A DNA stretch of 62,740 nucleotides. Origin: Vicinamibacteraceae bacterium (lineage in GTDB: Bacteria; Acidobacteriota; Vicinamibacteria; Vicinamibacterales; UBA8438). Below, piece after piece: positions 9,775 to 19,737 of the stretch (position 1 is its first letter; every line of letters starts with the position of its first letter). The stretch is from positions 33,398 through 96,137 of the forward strand of contig JAAXGX010000142.1 in assembly GCA_012271165.1 (NCBI GenBank), in the 5' to 3' direction. The translations under genes were made by a program, and so were the position numbers. The notes under the pieces are model-generated. The model did not search any database. It was not told the DNA's origin and was given only the letters and a program-made list of their open reading frames with translations.

Positions 9775-12213
9775 TTGCACGAAAGGCGGCGGAGCTCCGG
9801 CCCGAGGGCCGGACGGGTCATGTTCACCATCGGCCTGGTTCTTCTGACCTCGGCGCACCGGGCCGCGGCGGGCGCCCAGGCGACCGGCACGATTGCCGGG
9901 ACAGTGGTTGCCGGCGAGACAGGCCGGCCGGTTCCGAATGCCGTGGTGGTGGTCGACGGCGAGAGTCTCGCGGCGGTCAGCAACGGGGTCGGCCGCTTCG
10001 AGATCGCCGGCGCGCCGGCCGGCGCGGTTGCGCTCGCCGTGCAGGCTGCCGGGTACCTCGAGCTGCGGGTTCCCGACGTGCAGGTGGTGGCGGGAACGGC
10101 GACGTCGGTGACGATCGAGCTGGTCGCGACGCCCAACTACCTCGAGCGCGTGCAGGTCACGGCCAGCAAGGCGCCGCTCAGCATCGGCGAGATCGCGGCC
10201 CAGGCCGACGTCGTCGAGCGCGCGGAGATCGACGAGCGCGGAGACCAGCGGCTGACGCAGGCCATCGCCCATGTGCCGGGCGTGATCGTGAGCACGCAGG
10301 CCGGCTCGTTCGAGTCCGTCATGCTGCGGGGGCTCCCGCGGGACGGCAACGAGTTCACGAGCACGCTGCTGCTCATCGACGGCGTGCCGCAGACCGATTC
10401 GCGGAACAGCTCGCGCGTCATCAACCTGCCCGTCCACGATGCGAGCAGCATCGAGGTGGTGCGCGGCCCGAACTCGGCGCTCTACGGGCGGACGGCCATC
10501 GGGGGCGCGGTGAACGTCCGCACGGGCGAGCCCACCGCGGAGCACGAGTCCGACTTCGACCTCGGCGCTGGCGGCTTCGGGTTCTTCAAGGGCGCCGCGC
10601 GGGCGTCGGGACCGGTCGCGGACTGGGGCGGCTACTTCGTGTCCGCGTCGAGCGAGCGCAACAGCGGCTTCTACACCGGGCCGTCCGAATTCAACGTGGA
10701 CCAGACCTCGGTCTTCGCCAAGCTCACCTTCGTGCCCGATTCGAAGTCGTTCGGCATGGTGAGCGCGAACCGCGTCGTCTCGGCGCAGAGCCTGCCGACC
10801 AACGAGCCGATCATCGGCGGCCGACTGCTGAGCGACATCGACCCGCGCTTCGACCGGCTGAGCGATCTGAATTTCGCCGGCGTCAACTACCGGCAGAACG
10901 AGGGGCGGTTCACGGCCAACTACACGCGGCAGTTCACCGACGAGGTCAGGCTGGTCAACGTGTTCGGCTACCGCCAGATCCAGTACAAGTTCATCGACTC
11001 GGGCGACATCACCGGCGCGCCCTTCGATCTGGCGAGCACGACGTTGACCCAGTATCCGTTCGACCTGCAGACCGACGAGGACATCTTCTACGGGGAATCG
11101 CGTCTGGAGAGCGACTTCTCGGCGGGATCGGTCGAGATGTCGTTCATGGCCGGCGGCTCGTACGAGTGGACCAGCGGCTACGGCGCCGGCAACCTGATCT
11201 ACACCGACGCCGACACGTTCGGCTGGCCGCTCGACTACCTCGCTCCCGTCCATCCGCCCAAGGCGGACTGGGAGTTCTGGCGGTTCGGCGGCAACGACTA
11301 CAACGTCGGCGTCACGGGCGTCTTCGGCCAGTTCAGCATCGAGCCGACGAGCCGCCTGATCCTGACGGCGGGCGGGCGCTACGACCGCCTGGACCTCGAG
11401 AACACGCTGACGTTTCGGACCGGGATGCCGGTCGTCGCCGACACGTTCGACGCGTTCAGCCCGAAGCTGAGCGCGACCGTCAAGCTGCTGCCGGACGAGA
11501 CGAGCGCGGCCGTCAATCTGTACGCGCAGTACTCGCAGGCGTTCCTGCCGCCGCGGCGCCCGAGCGGACTGCGTCCCGGCGACGACGAGGTCAACCTGAA
11601 CCCCGAGGACATCGACAACTACGAGGTCGGCGTGAAGAGCAGCCTGCTCGACGGGCGGGTCTCGTTCGAGGGGACCTGGTTCCAGATGAAGCGCGACGGC
11701 ATCGTGCACAGCGTCCGCCAGGGACCGTTCTTCATCCCGACCAACGCGGGGGAGCACGACTACAAGGGCGTGGAGCTGGGCTTCCGCGTGGCCCCGGCGT
11801 CGCAGTTGTCGCTCTACGCCAACGCGGCCCTGTACCGCAACCGCTTCGGCGACTTCGTGATCGAGCGGGCGGGCGGCGACACGGTCCTCACCGGCAACCG
11901 CCTGCCGATCTCCCCCGACCGGATCATCAATGGCGGGGTGGTCATCACGCCGGCCTCCGCGGTCAACATCCGCTTCGACGTCAAGCACGTGGGCTCGGTC
12001 ATGGTCGATCGGGGCAACACGTTCACCCTCGACCCATACACGCTGCTGGACGCGGCCGTGTCGTGGTATCTGGGCCCCACGCGCATCACGCTCTCGGCCC
12101 ACAACCTGCTGAACGAGGAGTACTACTGGAACGGAGACACCTCGCGCGCCGAGTCCGCGGACCCGGGCGCCCCCCGGCAGGTGCTCCTGACGACGTCGTT
12201 CTCGTTCCGCTGA
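9775..12213 (+). CDS. TonB-dependent outer-membrane receptor with N-terminal carboxypeptidase-regulatory-like domain
   Basis: Signal peptide, [25 protein letters not shown] (CarboxypepD_reg-like), plug motif [23 protein letters not shown], long beta-barrel. TTG start preceded by GAGGAGGA; ATG at about 9820 is an alternative. Confidence 0.88.
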   Translation: MHERRRSSGPRAGRVMFTIGLVLLTSAHRAAAGAQATGTIAGTVVAGETGRPVPNAVVVVDGESLAAVSNGVGRFEIAGAPAGAVALAVQAAGYLELRVPDVQVVAGTATSVTIELVATPNYLERVQVTASKAPLSIGEIAAQADVVERAEIDERGDQRLTQAIAHVPGVIVSTQAGSFESVMLRGLPRDGNEFTSTLLLIDGVPQTDSRNSSRVINLPVHDASSIEVVRGPNSALYGRTAIGGAVNVRTGEPTAEHESDFDLGAGGFGFFKGAARASGPVADWGGYFVSASSERNSGFYTGPSEFNVDQTSVFAKLTFVPDSKSFGMVSANRVVSAQSLPTNEPIIGGRLLSDIDPRFDRLSDLNFAGVNYRQNEGRFTANYTRQFTDEVRLVNVFGYRQIQYKFIDSGDITGAPFDLASTTLTQYPFDLQTDEDIFYGESRLESDFSAGSVEMSFMAGGSYEWTSGYGAGNLIYTDADTFGWPLDYLAPVHPPKADWEFWRFGGNDYNVGVTGVFGQFSIEPTSRLILTAGGRYDRLDLENTLTFRTGMPVVADTFDAFSPKLSATVKLLPDETSAAVNLYAQYSQAFLPPRRPSGLRPGDDEVNLNPEDIDNYEVGVKSSLLDGRVSFEGTWFQMKRDGIVHSVRQGPFFIPTNAGEHDYKGVELGFRVAPASQLSLYANAALYRNRFGDFVIERAGGDTVLTGNRLPISPDRIINGGVVITPASAVNIRFDVKHVGSVMVDRGNTFTLDPYTLLDAAVSWYLGPTRITLSAHNLLNEEYYWNGDTSRAESADPGAPRQVLLTTSFSFR

Positions 12214-12221
12214 GGGCTTCC

Positions 12222-12318
12222 ATCAGACGGGGCTGCGTCCCGAGCCCCCGGCGTCCGCTTGCGGGGACCCCTTCGCCCCGCGCCGCTCCCGCCGAGGCGC
12301 GCCGTGCGCGCCTTGTGG
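12222..12318 (+). repeat. Copy B of the GC-rich intergenic repeat element
   Basis: 12225-12318 aligns without gaps to 29974-30067 with 9 mismatches in 94 nt, counted by eye. Contains hairpins GGGGACCCC and GGCGCGC-CGT-GCGCGCC (12296-12312). Starts 9 nt after the TonB-receptor stop. Confidence 0.85.
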
Positions 12319-12404
12319 AGTCGTGCACGCTGGCTTGTCTGACGGGGTCGCCCGGACGGGCGGCCGATCGTGCTACATTCGCGCTAGCACGGGAGGCTGC
12401 GTAC

Positions 12405-14075
12405 ATGGCCGCTTCCGAGACGGCCGACGTTCTCATCATCGGCAGCGGCGCCGCGGGCGGCGCCTGCGCCTGGTCGCTCAGCCGGGTGCCGGGGATCCGC
12501 GTCGTCTGCCTGGAGCAGGGCGACTGGGTGGACCCGCCGCCGAGCGTCCCGCGCCCGGAGGCCGACGGGGAGCGGGAGCGGCTCGTCGCGCCCCCGCCGC
12601 GCGCCGGCGTGCGGCACTTCGCCAACGGCTATCCCTACGATCACTCGGCCTCCTACTGGCAGCCGATACTGGGCAACGCGGTCGGCGGCGGCACCGTCCA
12701 CTACGGCGCCGTGTGGGCCAGATTGCGCCCGTCGGACTTCGTGGCCGGCAGCCTGTCGGGCGTGGGCGCGGACTGGCCGATCCGCTACTGGGACCTGGCG
12801 CCCTACTACGATTTCAACGACCGGATGGTGGGCATCTCGGGCGTTCCCGGCAACCCGGCCTATCCGCCCAAGCCGGTCGACCTGCAGCCGCCCCACCGGC
12901 TGACCCGGGCCGGCGAGATCCTGAGCCGGGGCTTCGACCGGCTCGGCTGGCACTGGTGGCCGGCCGAGCGGGCGGTGCTGACCGTTCCTCACGGGGGGCG
13001 CGAGCCATGCCCGCAGGACTGCGAGTCGTGCCACCAGGGCTGCCCCCGCGAAGCCAAGAACAGCACAGACGTGGTCCACTGGCCGCAGGCGGTCCGGAAC
13101 GGCGTCGTCCTGCGGACGCGGGCCAGGGTGCGCGAGATCACGGTCGGCGGCAACGGCCTGGCGGACGGCGCGCTGTACCACGCTGCCGACGGCGCCGTGC
13201 ACCGCCAGAAGGCGCGCGTCGTGGTGCTGGCCTGCAACGGGATCGGCACGCCGCGGCTGCTCCTCAACTCCACGTCCGGACGGTTCCCGCAGGGCCTGGC
13301 CAACGGCAGCGGCCTGGTGGGCAGGGGCCTGATGGGGCACCCGTTCGCCACGGTCGTCGCGGCGTTCGAAGACGAGGACGTCTCCACCAGGGCGCGCGCG
13401 GGCGCCTTCCTGACGAGCGACGAGTTCTCCGACGCCGCCGACGGACGCGGCTACGCGCGTGGCTTCTCGATCCTGTCGGGCACCTACCGGGGGCCGATCG
13501 AGGCGGCGCTGGGGGGACCGCCGGATTCGCTCGCCTCGGCGCGGCCTGCGGAGTGGCGCGGCGCCCCGGTCCGCGGCCGAGCGCTGCCGTGGGGCAGGGT
13601 CCATCACGCGGCATTCCAGGAGCGCGTGCGGCGGACCGCCGGCCTGATGGTGTTCTGCGACGAGCTGCCCGACGACCACAACCGCGTCGAGCTCGATCCC
13701 GCGCTCACGGACGAGGCGGGCATCCCCGCCCCGAAGCTGTTCTACCGGCGCGGCGACAACACGGAGCGGATGCTCGCCTACGGCATGGAGCGCTGCCAGG
13801 AGGTGATGGAGGCCGCCGGCACGGCGCGCATCGTGTCGGCCGAGAAGCTGCAGGCGGCCCCGGGCCACTACCTGGGCACGGCGCGCATGGGCGCCGACCC
13901 GGGGCGCTCGGTCGTGGACGCGTGGGGCCGGGCGCACGACGTGCGCAACCTGTTCATCATCGACGGCAGCGTGTTCACCAGCGCCGGCTCGACCGTGCCG
14001 ACGTCCACCATCCAGGCGCTCGCGCTCCGGACGGCGGACTACGTCAGGGATAACGCGCGGGAGTTCACCGGCTAG
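12405..14075 (+). CDS. GMC-family FAD-dependent oxidoreductase
   Basis: [16 protein letters not shown] Rossmann motif at the N-terminus, GMC C-terminal region ([22 protein letters not shown]). The real gene is only the last 556 codons of the 1592-aa track ORF. Confidence 0.88.
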   Translation: MAASETADVLIIGSGAAGGACAWSLSRVPGIRVVCLEQGDWVDPPPSVPRPEADGERERLVAPPPRAGVRHFANGYPYDHSASYWQPILGNAVGGGTVHYGAVWARLRPSDFVAGSLSGVGADWPIRYWDLAPYYDFNDRMVGISGVPGNPAYPPKPVDLQPPHRLTRAGEILSRGFDRLGWHWWPAERAVLTVPHGGREPCPQDCESCHQGCPREAKNSTDVVHWPQAVRNGVVLRTRARVREITVGGNGLADGALYHAADGAVHRQKARVVVLACNGIGTPRLLLNSTSGRFPQGLANGSGLVGRGLMGHPFATVVAAFEDEDVSTRARAGAFLTSDEFSDAADGRGYARGFSILSGTYRGPIEAALGGPPDSLASARPAEWRGAPVRGRALPWGRVHHAAFQERVRRTAGLMVFCDELPDDHNRVELDPALTDEAGIPAPKLFYRRGDNTERMLAYGMERCQEVMEAAGTARIVSAEKLQAAPGHYLGTARMGADPGRSVVDAWGRAHDVRNLFIIDGSVFTSAGSTVPTSTIQALALRTADYVRDNAREFTG

Positions 14076-14105
14076 ATAGCGGCGCGTGCGACGGGACGAG
14101 CGACC

Positions 14106-14723
14106 ATGGCAACGAAGCAGGACGAGGAAGGCCGACGGCAACCCGACGCGCCAATCTCCAGGCGAACGTTCATCGAGGGCGTCGTGGCCGCGTCGACGGC
14201 GGCCGGCGCGCTGGCCGCGACGGCGCGGCCCGCGGCCGGCGGGGCCCCCGCGGCGACCGCCGACGCCGGCGATGGAGCACGGGTTGCGGGTGACGCGGCG
14301 GTGTTCGAGGTCCTGACCCCGGCGCAGGGGCGCTTGTTGGCCGCGGTCCTGAACCGCCTCATTCCCGTGGGCGACGTCATGCCCGGGGCGGGTGACGCGG
14401 GCGTGGCCGGCTATATCGATCAGGCTCTCCTGGATGCGCCGCACCTGAGGCGGCCGGTCAGCGATCTCCTCGACGAGTTGCGCGGGTGCGGGTTCGCCCG
14501 CCTGCCGGGCCCCGAACAGGACGAACGATTGCGCCGGCTCGCGGCCGACCGTCCGGCGTCGTTCGATGTCCTGCTGCACGCTGCCTACGCGGGCTACTAC
14601 AGTGCCCCGAGCGTCCTGACAGCCGCCGGCTGGCTGCCGGCGGGCAGCGCCCCATCGGAACCGTTCGACCGGGCGCTGCTCGACGCGGTTCGCAGGCGCG
14701 GGCCGATCTACCGGGACGTGTAG
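14106..14723 (+). CDS. Gluconate 2-dehydrogenase subunit 3-like small subunit with Tat signal
   Basis: Twin-arginine motif SRRTFIEGVVAAS followed by a hydrophobic stretch. Immediately downstream of the GMC oxidoreductase, the usual pairing for this family. Confidence 0.7.
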   Translation: MATKQDEEGRRQPDAPISRRTFIEGVVAASTAAGALAATARPAAGGAPAATADAGDGARVAGDAAVFEVLTPAQGRLLAAVLNRLIPVGDVMPGAGDAGVAGYIDQALLDAPHLRRPVSDLLDELRGCGFARLPGPEQDERLRRLAADRPASFDVLLHAAYAGYYSAPSVLTAAGWLPAGSAPSEPFDRALLDAVRRRGPIYRDV

Positions 14724-14783
14724 TGGCGCGGGCCGGGCGATTGTGGTATATATCATGAGATAGCGCATGCTGGATGAGCGGCC

Positions 14784-15029
14784 GTGATGGACAAGACGGT
14801 GCAGTACCGCGGGATCGCCAAGGTGTTCTGGAGCGGCCGGAGCCAGGCGGTTCGTCTGCCCGCGCCGTGTCGCTTCGATGCGTCCGAGGTCGAGGTGATC
14901 AAGCAGGGCGACAGCCTCATGCTGCGTCCGCGCGGTAAGAACTGGCGCGAGTACTTCGACTCGCGCACGCGCGGGTTCCTGCCCGAGCGGCGCCAGCCGC
15001 CCCTCGATGAACGGGACGGCATCGGCTGA
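14784..15029 (+). CDS. vapB: VapB-type antitoxin (AbrB/SpoVT fold)
   Basis: 81 aa; AKVFWSGRSQAVRLPAPCRFDASEVEVIKQGDSLMLRP is a typical SpoVT/AbrB swapped-hairpin sequence. The stop overlaps the vapC start by 1 nt (TGATG). Confidence 0.85.
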   Translation: MMDKTVQYRGIAKVFWSGRSQAVRLPAPCRFDASEVEVIKQGDSLMLRPRGKNWREYFDSRTRGFLPERRQPPLDERDGIG

Positions 15030-15436
15030 TGTTCATGCTCGACACGAACATCTGCATCTACCTCATCAACCACCGCGACGGCGTCCTGCGGGAGCGTTTC
15101 GAAGCGAACGCTGCCCGCATATGCATCTCCTCGATCACCTATGCGGAGCTGTGCTATGGCGTCGCACACTCGGCCCGGACGGCGGCGAACGCGCGGGAGC
15201 TGGAGGCGTTCAGGCTCGATCTCGATATCCTACCGTTCGACCCGGATGCGGCCGCACACTACGGCGAGATCCGCCATGCCCTGGCGACGAGCGGCCAGCC
15301 GATCGGCGCCAACGACCTTCTGATTGCGGCCCACGCGCGCAGCGCGAAGGCGACGCTGGTGACGAACAACGCCCGCGAGTTCGAACGCGTGCCGAAGCTG
15401 CGAGTGGAGAATTGGATGCGACGACTTGGGGGGTGA
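15029..15436 (+). CDS. vapC: VapC PIN-domain ribonuclease toxin
   Basis: MLDTNICIYL (first acidic residue), SSITYAEL, ANDLLIAAHA, VTNNAREF: the four conserved PIN acidic positions are in context. Confidence 0.9.
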   Translation: MFMLDTNICIYLINHRDGVLRERFEANAARICISSITYAELCYGVAHSARTAANARELEAFRLDLDILPFDPDAAAHYGEIRHALATSGQPIGANDLLIAAHARSAKATLVTNNAREFERVPKLRVENWMRRLGG

Positions 15437-15686
15437 CCGAGGCACCGGCAGCACAGGCGAACAAGACGCGTGTCCACGGCGGAAGGTCGTTGAGGTTCTC
15501 TGGGCTGGCGGCTTCCCAAACAAGGCGTTGGCACCAACATATGGCCGCCCCATACGAGCCGGCGACATCGGCTACCGCTCCAATGATATCAATACGATAT
15601 CAGCACGGCGGTTCCCGCGCGTGTCGACAATCGGGCGTCGCCGGGGCGTCAGGGAGCTTGGTTGGACTGGGTGCAGTTATCGCGGG

Positions 15687-17000
15687 CTACGACCGGCGGA
15701 GGTGACGCCGCGGACGTGCGCATTGCGCGGTCAGCCGCCGGAGACGTTGCGCCGCCGCGCCGAGGGTCTCGTGGCTGCGGCAGAAGGCGAAGCGCAGGTA
15801 GCGGGCGCCGTCGGCGCTGCGGGCGTAGAAGTTGTCGCCGGGCACGGCCGCCACGCCGGCGTGCTCGACAAGGTGCAGCGCGGCCACCAGCGGGTCGAGA
15901 TCGCCGAGGCCGGGTACGGCGCGGTAGTCGGCGAAGAAATAGTAGGCGCCGCGCGGCTCGCTGGTCCGAAAGCCCGCCCCCCGCAGAGCGTCTCCGAGGA
16001 GGGCGCGCTTGCCGGCGTAGGCGCTGGAGAGATCGCGGAAGAAATCCTCGTCCAGCCCCAGCAGCGCGACTGCCGCCTTCTGCAGCGGCGTGGGCGCCTG
16101 TATCACGAGCGTGTCGTGCACGGCGCGGATGCGCGGCGTCAGGTGCGGCGGCGAGAGCACCCAGCCGACCCGCCAGCCGGTCGCGTTGGCGGTCTTCGAG
16201 ATCGAGTTGACGACGACGGTCCGCTCCCGCATGCCGTCGAGCGTGGCGAGCGAGTGGTGGCGCGCGCCGTCGAAGACGATGTGCTCGTAGATCTCGTCCG
16301 TGACGACGACGAGGTCCTCGGCGCGCGCGATCTCGGCGATCGCCGCCAGCTCGCTGCTGTCGAACACCTTGCCGGTCGGGTTGTGCGGCGTGTTCAGGAC
16401 GAGCAGGCGGGCGCCGGCGGCGGCGCGGCGGAGCTCGTCCGGGTCGAGCCGCCAGGCGCCGTCGGCGGCCGACTCCCGCAGCGTCACGAAGCGGGGTGTC
16501 AGATCGAAGACGGCCGCCTGCGACGGATACATCTCGTGGAACGGCTCGATCACGACCACGCCGTCCCCGCTGCGCGCCAGGGCGGCCAGCACGGCCGCGA
16601 GCCCCTCGGTGGCGCCGAGCACGACGGTCGTCTCGGTTTCCGGATCGGGCTCGAACCCGCTCCAGCGCGCGGTGTACGCGGCAATGGCCTGCCGCAGCTC
16701 GGGCAGACCGAAGGGGTAGGAGTACTGGTTCAGCTCGTCGCGGCCGCCCTGCAGACTCCGGAGCACGTCCCGCAGCGACGCCGGCGAGCCGCCGTCGTGA
16801 GCCGGCGCAGCGAGCGGGCCGGCGGCCGCCCGCTCGAGCCGCTCGATGCCGGCGTCGCTGCCGCCGAGCAGCGCGCCGATCGCCCCCCAGACGAGCGGGA
16901 AGGGGGGCGGCTCGTCGGTGAAGCCCTGCGCGAGATTGATCGCGCCGTGCCGGTGTGCGAGCCGCGTCATTCGTCGAATGACCGATTCGCTCGCGGGCAT
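15687..17000 (-). CDS. Class I/II PLP-dependent aminotransferase
   Basis: INLAQGF, NQYSYPFGLPELR, NTPHNPTG, SISKTANATGWRVGW (PLP-lysine context). Starts 5 nt after the argF stop, so probably the last gene of the arg operon. Confidence 0.85.
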   Translation of the reverse strand: MPASESVIRRMTRLAHRHGAINLAQGFTDEPPPFPLVWGAIGALLGGSDAGIERLERAAAGPLAAPAHDGGSPASLRDVLRSLQGGRDELNQYSYPFGLPELRQAIAAYTARWSGFEPDPETETTVVLGATEGLAAVLAALARSGDGVVVIEPFHEMYPSQAAVFDLTPRFVTLRESAADGAWRLDPDELRRAAAGARLLVLNTPHNPTGKVFDSSELAAIAEIARAEDLVVVTDEIYEHIVFDGARHHSLATLDGMRERTVVVNSISKTANATGWRVGWVLSPPHLTPRIRAVHDTLVIQAPTPLQKAAVALLGLDEDFFRDLSSAYAGKRALLGDALRGAGFRTSEPRGAYYFFADYRAVPGLGDLDPLVAALHLVEHAGVAAVPGDNFYARSADGARYLRFAFCRSHETLGAAAQRLRRLTAQCARPRRHLRRS

Positions 17001-17005
17001 CGGGG

Positions 17006-17998
17006 TCAGTCCTCGAAGAGCATCACCAGGAGGGCCTTCTCGGTGTGCAGCCGGTTCTCGGCCTGCTCGAAGACGACCGACGCGGGTCCGTCGATCACCG
17101 CGTCGGTGACCTCCTCGCCGCGGTGCGCCGGCAGGCAGTGCAGGAAGCAGGCGTCGGGCCCGGCATGCGCCATGAGCCGGTCATTGACCTGATACGGGGC
17201 GAACACCCGGTTGCGGTCCGCCTGCTCCGTCTCGCGTCCCATCGACGTCCAGACATCGGTGTAGACGGCGTCGACGCCGCGGACGGCGGCCACCGGGTCG
17301 GTGAACTGCACCAGCTCCGCGCCGTGCCGGGCGATGCGCGCGACGCCGGCGACGACCGGCGCGGGCAGCGCGAAGCCGTCCGGCGTGGCGACGTGCACGG
17401 TGATGCCGAGCATGGTCGCGGCCTGCGCGAACGACGTCGCGACGTTGTTGCCGTCGCCGACGAAGGCGACCCGGCGCCCCCGGACCGTGCCCCACCGTTC
17501 CTGCAGCGTGAGGCAGTCGGCGAGCGCCTGACAGGGATGCTCGTCGTTGCTGAGCGCGTTGATCACCCGCAGCTCGCGCGTGGCCCTGGCGAGGTCTACG
17601 ATGCGCGCCTGGTCGAAGGTCCGCACGACCGCGCCCTCCACCCACCGCTCGAGGCTGCGGCCGACGTCCGCGAGCGACTCGCGGGTGCCCAGGGCCACGT
17701 CGGCGGACGGGTCGATGAAGTCGCCCCCGAGCTCGCGAATCGCAATCTCGAAGGTCGAGCGCGTGCGCAGCGACGGCTTCTCGAACAGGATGGCGATGTA
17801 GGTTCCCTGGAGCGCGGCGGAGGTCGCGGCCTCGCGTCCCAGGCGCCGGTCGCGCTTGAGCGTGGCCGCCAGCACCAGGTGGTGCTCGAGGTCGTCCGGG
17901 TCGAAGTCGAGCACCGAGAGGAAGCAGCGCCCGGTCAACACGCTCGAGCCGGCCGCATCTCGCGGCGCCGAATGACGGGCGGGGGGCGTGCGCGGCAT
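17006..17998 (-). CDS. argF: Ornithine carbamoyltransferase
   Basis: FEKPSLRTRSTFE, HPCQALAD, HCLPAHRGEEV motifs. The true start may be an internal GTG/TTG near SVLTGRCFL. Confidence 0.92.
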   Translation of the reverse strand: MPRTPPARHSAPRDAAGSSVLTGRCFLSVLDFDPDDLEHHLVLAATLKRDRRLGREAATSAALQGTYIAILFEKPSLRTRSTFEIAIRELGGDFIDPSADVALGTRESLADVGRSLERWVEGAVVRTFDQARIVDLARATRELRVINALSNDEHPCQALADCLTLQERWGTVRGRRVAFVGDGNNVATSFAQAATMLGITVHVATPDGFALPAPVVAGVARIARHGAELVQFTDPVAAVRGVDAVYTDVWTSMGRETEQADRNRVFAPYQVNDRLMAHAGPDACFLHCLPAHRGEEVTDAVIDGPASVVFEQAENRLHTEKALLVMLFED

Positions 17999-18007
17999 CG
18001 CTGGTCG

Positions 18008-19210
18008 TCAGGTGCGGTAGTCGGCGTTGATGCGCACATACTGCGCGCTCAGGTCGCAGGTCCAGACCGTGGCGCCGTGCCCGCCGCCGGTCCCGAGGTC
18101 CACCTCCAGCTCGACCTCGTCGCCCGCCAGATGCGCGGCGGCGGCCGGTTCCCGCTCGGCAAACACCGTGTCGTCCGCGAACAGCGTCGCCGGGCCGATG
18201 CGCACGCGCCCCCGGGACGGCTCGAACGCCACGCCGGCGCGGCCGGCCACCGCGACCAGCCGCCCCCAGTTCGGGTCGCCGCCGTTGAGCGCCGTCTTCA
18301 CGAGCAGCGAGTTGGCGATGGCCTTGGCGGCCCGCCTGGCGTCCTCCGCCGTCCGGCCGCCGCTCACCCTGACCGCGACGAGCTTCGTCGCGCCCTCGCC
18401 GCCGCGCACGATGGCGCGCGCGAGCGTGCCGCACACGGACCGCAGCCCCTCGACGAAATGCGGGTAGGCCGCCTCGTCGATCCGCGCGCCGCTCGCGCCG
18501 CTGGCCAGCAGGAAGACGGAGTCGTTCGTCGAGCACTCGCCGTCGACGGTAATCGCGTTGAAGGTGTCGCCCACGGCGGCAGACAGGGCGCGGCGGAGAA
18601 GGGGTGGCTCGACCGCCGCGTCGGTGGTCAGGAAGCCGAGCATCGTGGCCATGTTGGGCTCGATCATGCCGGCGCCCTTGACCATCCCGCCGATGACGAA
18701 CGCGCCGGCCCGCCCGGCGACCCGCACGGCCGCCTCCTTGGGCCCGCGGTCGGTCGTCATGATCGCGCGGGCTGCCGCCGCATGGGCGTCGCGCGCCAGG
18801 GCAGGCGCCGCCGCCTCGATGCCGCGGGCGACCCGCGTGGCATCCAGGAGCAGGCCGATGACGCCGGTGGACGCCACGAGGACGTGCTCGAGCGGGCAGC
18901 CCACGGCGGCGGCAGCCGAAGCCGCCATGGTCTCCGCGGCGGTCATGCCGGCGTCGCCCGTGCACGCGTTCGCGCAGCCGCTGTTGACCGCAATCGCCCG
19001 GGCCTTCCCGCCCGATTGCTCCAGATGCCGCTTCGAGACCACCACCGGCGCGGCCACCGTCAGATTGGTCGTGAACACCGCCGCCGCGCTCGTCGCCCGG
19101 TCGGCGACCAGCAGGGCCAGATCGGGTCCCTCCGCCTTGATGCCGCAGGAGACGGCGGCCGCCTGGAAGCCCTCCGCCGCCGTGATGCCGCCGCCGGTCG
19201 CTTCGATCAT
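18008..19210 (-). CDS. argJ: Bifunctional ornithine acetyltransferase / N-acetylglutamate synthase
   Basis: ArgJ family; self-cleavage site context PNMATMLGFLTTDA; full-length 400 aa. Confidence 0.93.
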   Translation of the reverse strand: MIEATGGGITAAEGFQAAAVSCGIKAEGPDLALLVADRATSAAAVFTTNLTVAAPVVVSKRHLEQSGGKARAIAVNSGCANACTGDAGMTAAETMAASAAAAVGCPLEHVLVASTGVIGLLLDATRVARGIEAAAPALARDAHAAAARAIMTTDRGPKEAAVRVAGRAGAFVIGGMVKGAGMIEPNMATMLGFLTTDAAVEPPLLRRALSAAVGDTFNAITVDGECSTNDSVFLLASGASGARIDEAAYPHFVEGLRSVCGTLARAIVRGGEGATKLVAVRVSGGRTAEDARRAAKAIANSLLVKTALNGGDPNWGRLVAVAGRAGVAFEPSRGRVRIGPATLFADDTVFAEREPAAAAHLAGDEVELEVDLGTGGGHGATVWTCDLSAQYVRINADYRT

Positions 19211-19737
19211 CGTCGCGGTCTCCCCTGCAGGTCGAGCACGACGGCGTACTGCCGGCAGCGCCTGAACCAGACGCAGGAGCGGCAGTCGGTCGAGATCTTC
19301 TCCGGCACCCAGTGGTGGGGGACGATGGAGAATCCCAGGCGCAGGAAGGGGCGCGGATCGTGCGTGAACGCGCAGAGCAGCGGATACCCGTGCTCCCGGG
19401 CGGTCGCGACGAGCGCGGCCAGCAGCCGGGTGCCGACGCCCCGGCCGCGTTGCGACGGCGCGACGACCAGCGAACGGACCTCCGCCACGCGTCCGCCCAG
19501 CTCCGCGAGCTCGCCGCAGGCAATCACGCGCGCCGCCGCCGCCGCCACCAGGAACCGCGGCGCATGGCGCTCGACCTCGTCCAGCGTGCGCGGCAGCAGG
19601 TGTCCGGTCTCCAGGTTGTCGGCGATCAGCCGGAACAGGGCTGTCGCCTCGCCCGCGGCCGCCGCCCGGATCACGACGTCGTGATCGACGGTGACGGCTT
19701 CCCCGGTGGACGCCGGTCCGGGCGCGGTCTCGATCAC
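19207..19737 (-). CDS. Short GNAT-family amino-acid N-acetyltransferase (stand-alone N-acetylglutamate-synthase-like) with Cys-rich tail
   Basis: GNAT motif A: VVAPSQRGRGVGTRLL. C-terminal HHWVPEKISTDCRSCVWFRRCRQYAVV. GTG start gives a 4-nt overlap with the argD stop, and its stop overlaps the argJ start (ATGA). Confidence 0.75.
   Translation of the reverse strand: MIETAPGPASTGEAVTVDHDVVIRAAAAGEATALFRLIADNLETGHLLPRTLDEVERHAPRFLVAAAAARVIACGELAELGGRVAEVRSLVVAPSQRGRGVGTRLLAALVATAREHGYPLLCAFTHDPRPFLRLGFSIVPHHWVPEKISTDCRSCVWFRRCRQYAVVLDLQGRPRR

Noticed and set aside
9297-12404. N-terminal two-thirds of the 1592-aa plus-strand ORF
   Set aside because: This part is out of frame with purE and the TonB receptor, both of which have clear motifs, and its translation is Arg/Gly/Pro-rich noise. 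Only the segment from ATG 12405 onward (GMC oxidoreductase) is credible.
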